A stretch of DNA of 64,000 bases from the human T2T-CHM13v2.0 reference genome, Homo sapiens. Under the pieces are notes generated by a model, which worked only from the letters and a program-made list of their open reading frames with translations, made no database searches and was not told the DNA's origin. The translations under genes and the position numbers were made by a program. The stretch spans positions 32,896,001-32,960,000 of the forward strand of contig CP068257.2 in assembly GCA_009914755.4 (NCBI GenBank). Reading direction: 5' to 3'. Shown piece by piece: positions 59,613-64,000 of this stretch. Each line of letters starts with the position of its first letter. Position 1 is the stretch's first letter.

Positions 59613-62059
59613 CTTGGCTTATCTGGACTCTCCTCCTAGATCCAAGCAAATGTCAGCTAAAAATTCTGCATGCAAGATGAAATTATTCTCTTGGGTGAAA
59701 TGTTGGTTTTACAACAGTGATCAAAGGATGCTTTTTGAAAACTGACTTGATGTAAATGGATAGATTTTTAGCAGAGACCATTCTGGGACCAAAAGTTCCC
59801 AACATCCTTTTTTTCTCGGTTCTTCTTGGGACACATTTTGGCATGGTAATGGTGAATGGGGCAGGGAGACACAGACAGACTAAGTCACAAACATGGAAAA
59901 AGGATTATTTAGCTAATCTTTTGTATTAACCATCACTGATGGAAATATTTTGCCTTCACTGAGTTCCCTCATCAATGTCCTGTTACCATGCTTGCCTTGC
60001 CAAATTTCAACCCTGCTCCTGCTCATAGGTTCCAATAATCGAACATTACAAAACCAGGCCAACTGGTCCCACTACAAATGCAGATAGGTCTTCAAGGCTC
60101 TGGGTCAAACTGCCAGTCACCACTTTTTTCCTCTGTACATGTTTCACACCTTCTTATGACCCCAAGTCTTCAGTCTAAGTAGGTGACCTCAACTTCCACT
60201 TTATAAAACTAGCAAGGCCAAGTGACTCGAGTTCACTGCTCCCCTGTGTGCTACAACATGTTCCTGCATCTGGACTCTTTCTTGGTCCTTTCTCTGGTAT
60301 GTCAATAAGGAGCATTCCTCTTCCTCCCAAAGATAATGCCATCTTTTGTTCCCTCAATTCTGCATCTTCCTGCCTCCTCCAAGGCCTTGCTTCATTTTAT
60401 AATCATGCCTACTTGTAATTTTTGTTGTCGCTGTTACAATATACATTGCTTTTCTAATTAGAAAACCGTCAAAATTATACGTGTCATGAAAACATATAAA
60501 GGAGGAAAATATAAGACATACAGAGTTCCTATTTAGGAGGCCCAGCATTACTAGGAGGCCCAGAAAGAACAGAAATCAAAGGGCAGAGCTTAAGGAACGC
60601 TACAAAAATCCTCAGGTTCTAAAGAAGATGAATTTTCCAATGGAAGGGACTCACCAAATGAAGCCTACTATGAATACAGACCCATGTGAAGACACATCCA
60701 CAAAGCATTTCAGAATATCCAAGACAAAGAAGGATGTTTCAAGAGAGACAAAAAATCAGTCATTTGCAAGGGAGTGGAAGTTGGACTGACATCAGTCTTT
60801 GCATCAGCTAAATTGGACACTATAAGCCAATGAGCTTTCCTAGAAGTTCTGAGAAACAATGTCCACTGGAGAAGTCTACCTGCAGATAAGCTATCAATCA
60901 AGCGTGAGGGTGAGATACTACGTATATTTTCAAGAAATCAGACAACTGACTTTTCATTCTCTTTTCTAGGGGAGAAAATATAAATGTAGTCCAGCAAAAT
61001 GATGGCATAAACCATAAAGGAGAAAGACATGAGATTTAGGATGCACTAGACCCAACTTAGGGACAGAGCGAAGAAGAGCCCCCAGAAGGTAGATCAGCCT
61101 CAGGTCCTGGGAAAAGCCAGTCCAGAATAGGAAACGTGAATAATAGAATGTTTGTCATAACTGAGAAGATACAAGAACTTGAGGATCTGATAAAGCACAC
61201 AATGCGTCAAAAAAAGATAATACAAACTCTAAGAAAAATAAAAATGCCATTCAAGAAAGTCAGATCCAAATATGAAGTAAAACGTGACATGAAATGATTT
61301 TCAGCAGTTGTTTGAGTGTAAACACGGAGTGTCTGTCTGCTTCCGCGGCTGAGCACGTTCTCCTCGGGTGCCTCCCGCGTCAGAAGCTAGACCTACTCAG
61401 AAGGAACGTAATCCTCACCAGCTGCTTAGCTGGCATCGAAGAACATTTTTATAGCTGTATTAGCATAAACCGTACTGACAACTTTTCAGGTTTTAGCGTC
61501 AAATTATGAATAAAACATGGACAATGGTTACGGCATCAAGTGTTAATCACCTAAATGTCAACGCATGGCTGATGGAGGCAGAACTGCACGGGCAGATGGG
61601 AATCAAGAAGAAATGGGAGGAAACTCACAACTGCAAAATGTGAGGGCATCTGCTAAAACTAGTTCATTTACATCAAATGTTTGCGAACAGCACCCGTGGG
61701 TCACTCTCTACCACATCTGGTCCTGGGGTTTCTCAGAGGATGTGGTCAGGAGCCTCTGTCTGCACAGCTACCTGGCCTTTCTTCAGGATCCGAGCCTGCA
61801 CAGTGTGCATCACAGGGCTCCATGGGAGCACAAACACAGTTCACCTTCTCCCCATCTGGAGCGGCTATGCTCATTTGCTAGTAGCAGCATTTCCCACTTC
61901 CCTCCTTTCCTCCTTCTCTTCCTCCTTCCCTCTTGCCTCTCCTACTTACTGAGCTTCTAGCGTATGCCAAGCACTATGGCTGAGACGGTCTTATTCTCAA
62001 GGCGAGCCCACTGAAAGGAGGTCAAACCTACAGCCCGGAGAATTGATGACTAGGGGTGA

Positions 62060-62290
<231 letters not shown>

Positions 62291-62429
62291 TAGGAAGATT
62301 GGTGACTGGACTTCCTAAGCGCAGTTCCATTAACAGCAACGACACGTGCAAAATGAGCTCCTGTAGCTGAACCTCAGAAGAAGAGACGAGACAGCGGTGT
62401 GTTAAGGGACCACTAGTGACCCCAAAAGG

Positions 62430-62560
62430 TGTCATTTAATCCTCAGGACAGCCCTGAGGTAGGCATTATTTTACAAATGAGGAAATAAACTCAAAGAATT
62501 TGGACAGGCCCAACTTAGGTCTGTCTAGCACTAGAGTCTGGGTTCCTTCCATCACACTGC
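62430..62560 (-). mobile_element. MIR SINE fragment
   Basis: attttacaaatgaggaaataaactcaaagaatttggacaggcccaacttaggtctgtctagcactagagtctgggttcc. Confidence 0.55.
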
Positions 62561-63878
62561 ATGGGATCCTTAACTCTGAGTGAGCCAGGGTCCTGTGGAA
62601 TTCTCCAAAACTGCTGTGCCCTATAATATGGTGACTGGAGGGGAAGAAATGCAGGAAAGCTTGTGGAAAATTTTTATTCATACCCAACAGCTCAACAATG
62701 TAGTTTACCTTAGATGATCCCTAAGGAACCACCCAGTGACATCATTCTCTGATTCCATAATTGTCCAACAAGTTCCTCCTTCTATTTCCCAATAAAAGCA
62801 CAGGGTTTTGCATTACCTTTGTCAGATAAGTGCAATAAACAAGTCACAGAGCTCTGCAGGTTCGTACCTGCACCACCCCTCTCTGGAGGCTGTGTCCTCT
62901 ACCCGAGCTGTTCTTTTCTGGCAATAAGAGTTGGGGCCCCTCCAACGGCAGGGATCTGGACAGCTTCCAGAGGAACCCAGGACAAGAGAAAAAGAGCCCC
63001 AGGGACACTGTCCAACTCGGACACAAACCCAAGTGTGGGGTGGGTGGCTGTGACACGTTCCAGGCTTGATGGTATTTTTCCCTTTACTTTAAATCAGTCT
63101 TTGATTGTCTTGTGTGCACACAGGAAGAATGATGAATATTAAAAATAAAACGCAAATCAGCCAGCAAGTAGTCTTTAGAAGAAATAAGTCACAGGAGGTT
63201 GAAAACAATGTACTAGCACTGGAGAAGTCTGAACATTTTGGTCAATGTCTGTGAATGTTTCAAAGTTTAAACTGGATGGAGTTTACTGAGACTCTAATCA
63301 CCGCTCAGCAAGAAATCTATGCTAATCACATCAATATTATAACACAAACAAGCAGGTGGAAGAAAATCCAAAGATAGCTAATGGATAATACTTTGTCTTT
63401 GGTTCAATTATAGGACTTGGTTTCTAAAGGAGCTGCTAACTCATTCATTCACTCATCAAACATGTATTGATCACATATAACATGGCAATGACTGTGCTAG
63501 GAGCTGGCAATACTAAAATTGTTTCTTCATTCCAGAACATCAGAGATTAGTTGGGAACAGAGTCACCCTCTACTGAGAAAAGGCCATCAGAAGGCCGGCA
63601 GGGGTCAGCTCCATGGAGAAGAGGTCTGGGGCATCCCAGGCGGAGGCAACTGCAGTTTCCATCCTACGGTGCCCTGTGTCCTGGGAACCTCAGGTAGTTG
63701 AGCACCACTGCACTAATGAGCTGAGTGAGGGAGAAGCAAGAGCTGAGACACAACAGGGTCCAAATGAGAGGCCTTATTCACAAAGTAAGGATTTTGAACA
63801 TTACCTTATGAACAACAGATAAGTACTGAAGAGTATCTAGAAACAGGATAGTGAGATGATGACATACATAGGTTTTTA

Positions 63879-64000
<122 letters not shown>

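Overview
This window is primate (almost certainly human) nuclear DNA, not a prokaryotic accessory region. It contains about 17 Alu SINEs with A-tails and target-site duplications, many MaLR/THE1/MST/MLT solo LTRs, MIR/L2/L1 fragments and microsatellites. The one gene I can positively identify is the 3' half of RCAN1 (DSCR1, calcipressin-1; chr21q22.12) on the minus strand. The last coding exon plus its ~1.65-kb 3'UTR lies at ~3003-4821, the two upstream common exons at 8063-8222 and 10101-10274, and the alternative first exon of the RCAN1.4 isoform at 13228-~13385. The four coding segments translate exactly to the 197-aa RCAN1.4 protein and have canonical AG/GT splice boundaries. Immediately upstream of the first exon (13.3-14.1 kb) is the TATA-containing, NFAT-site-rich, calcineurin-responsive promoter, with a perfect CRE palindrome. 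The rest of the window (14.4-64 kb) is upstream RCAN1 intron sequence dominated by transposable elements. Positions 1-3000 lie 3' of RCAN1; from my recollection of the locus the KCNE1 5' end should be nearby, but I cannot place it from sequence. No rRNA, tRNA, CRISPR or prokaryotic features are present, and none of the long six-frame ORFs outside the RCAN1 exons look protein-coding. The points worth a second look are structural. They are a ~280-bp inverted-repeat pair (~90% identity) bracketing a ~1.1-kb spacer just downstream of RCAN1, a 65-bp templated insertion copied from 1.4 kb away into the middle of an Alu, a CpG-dense block inside RCAN1 intron 4, and a 280-bp AT-rich segment with no CpG depletion.
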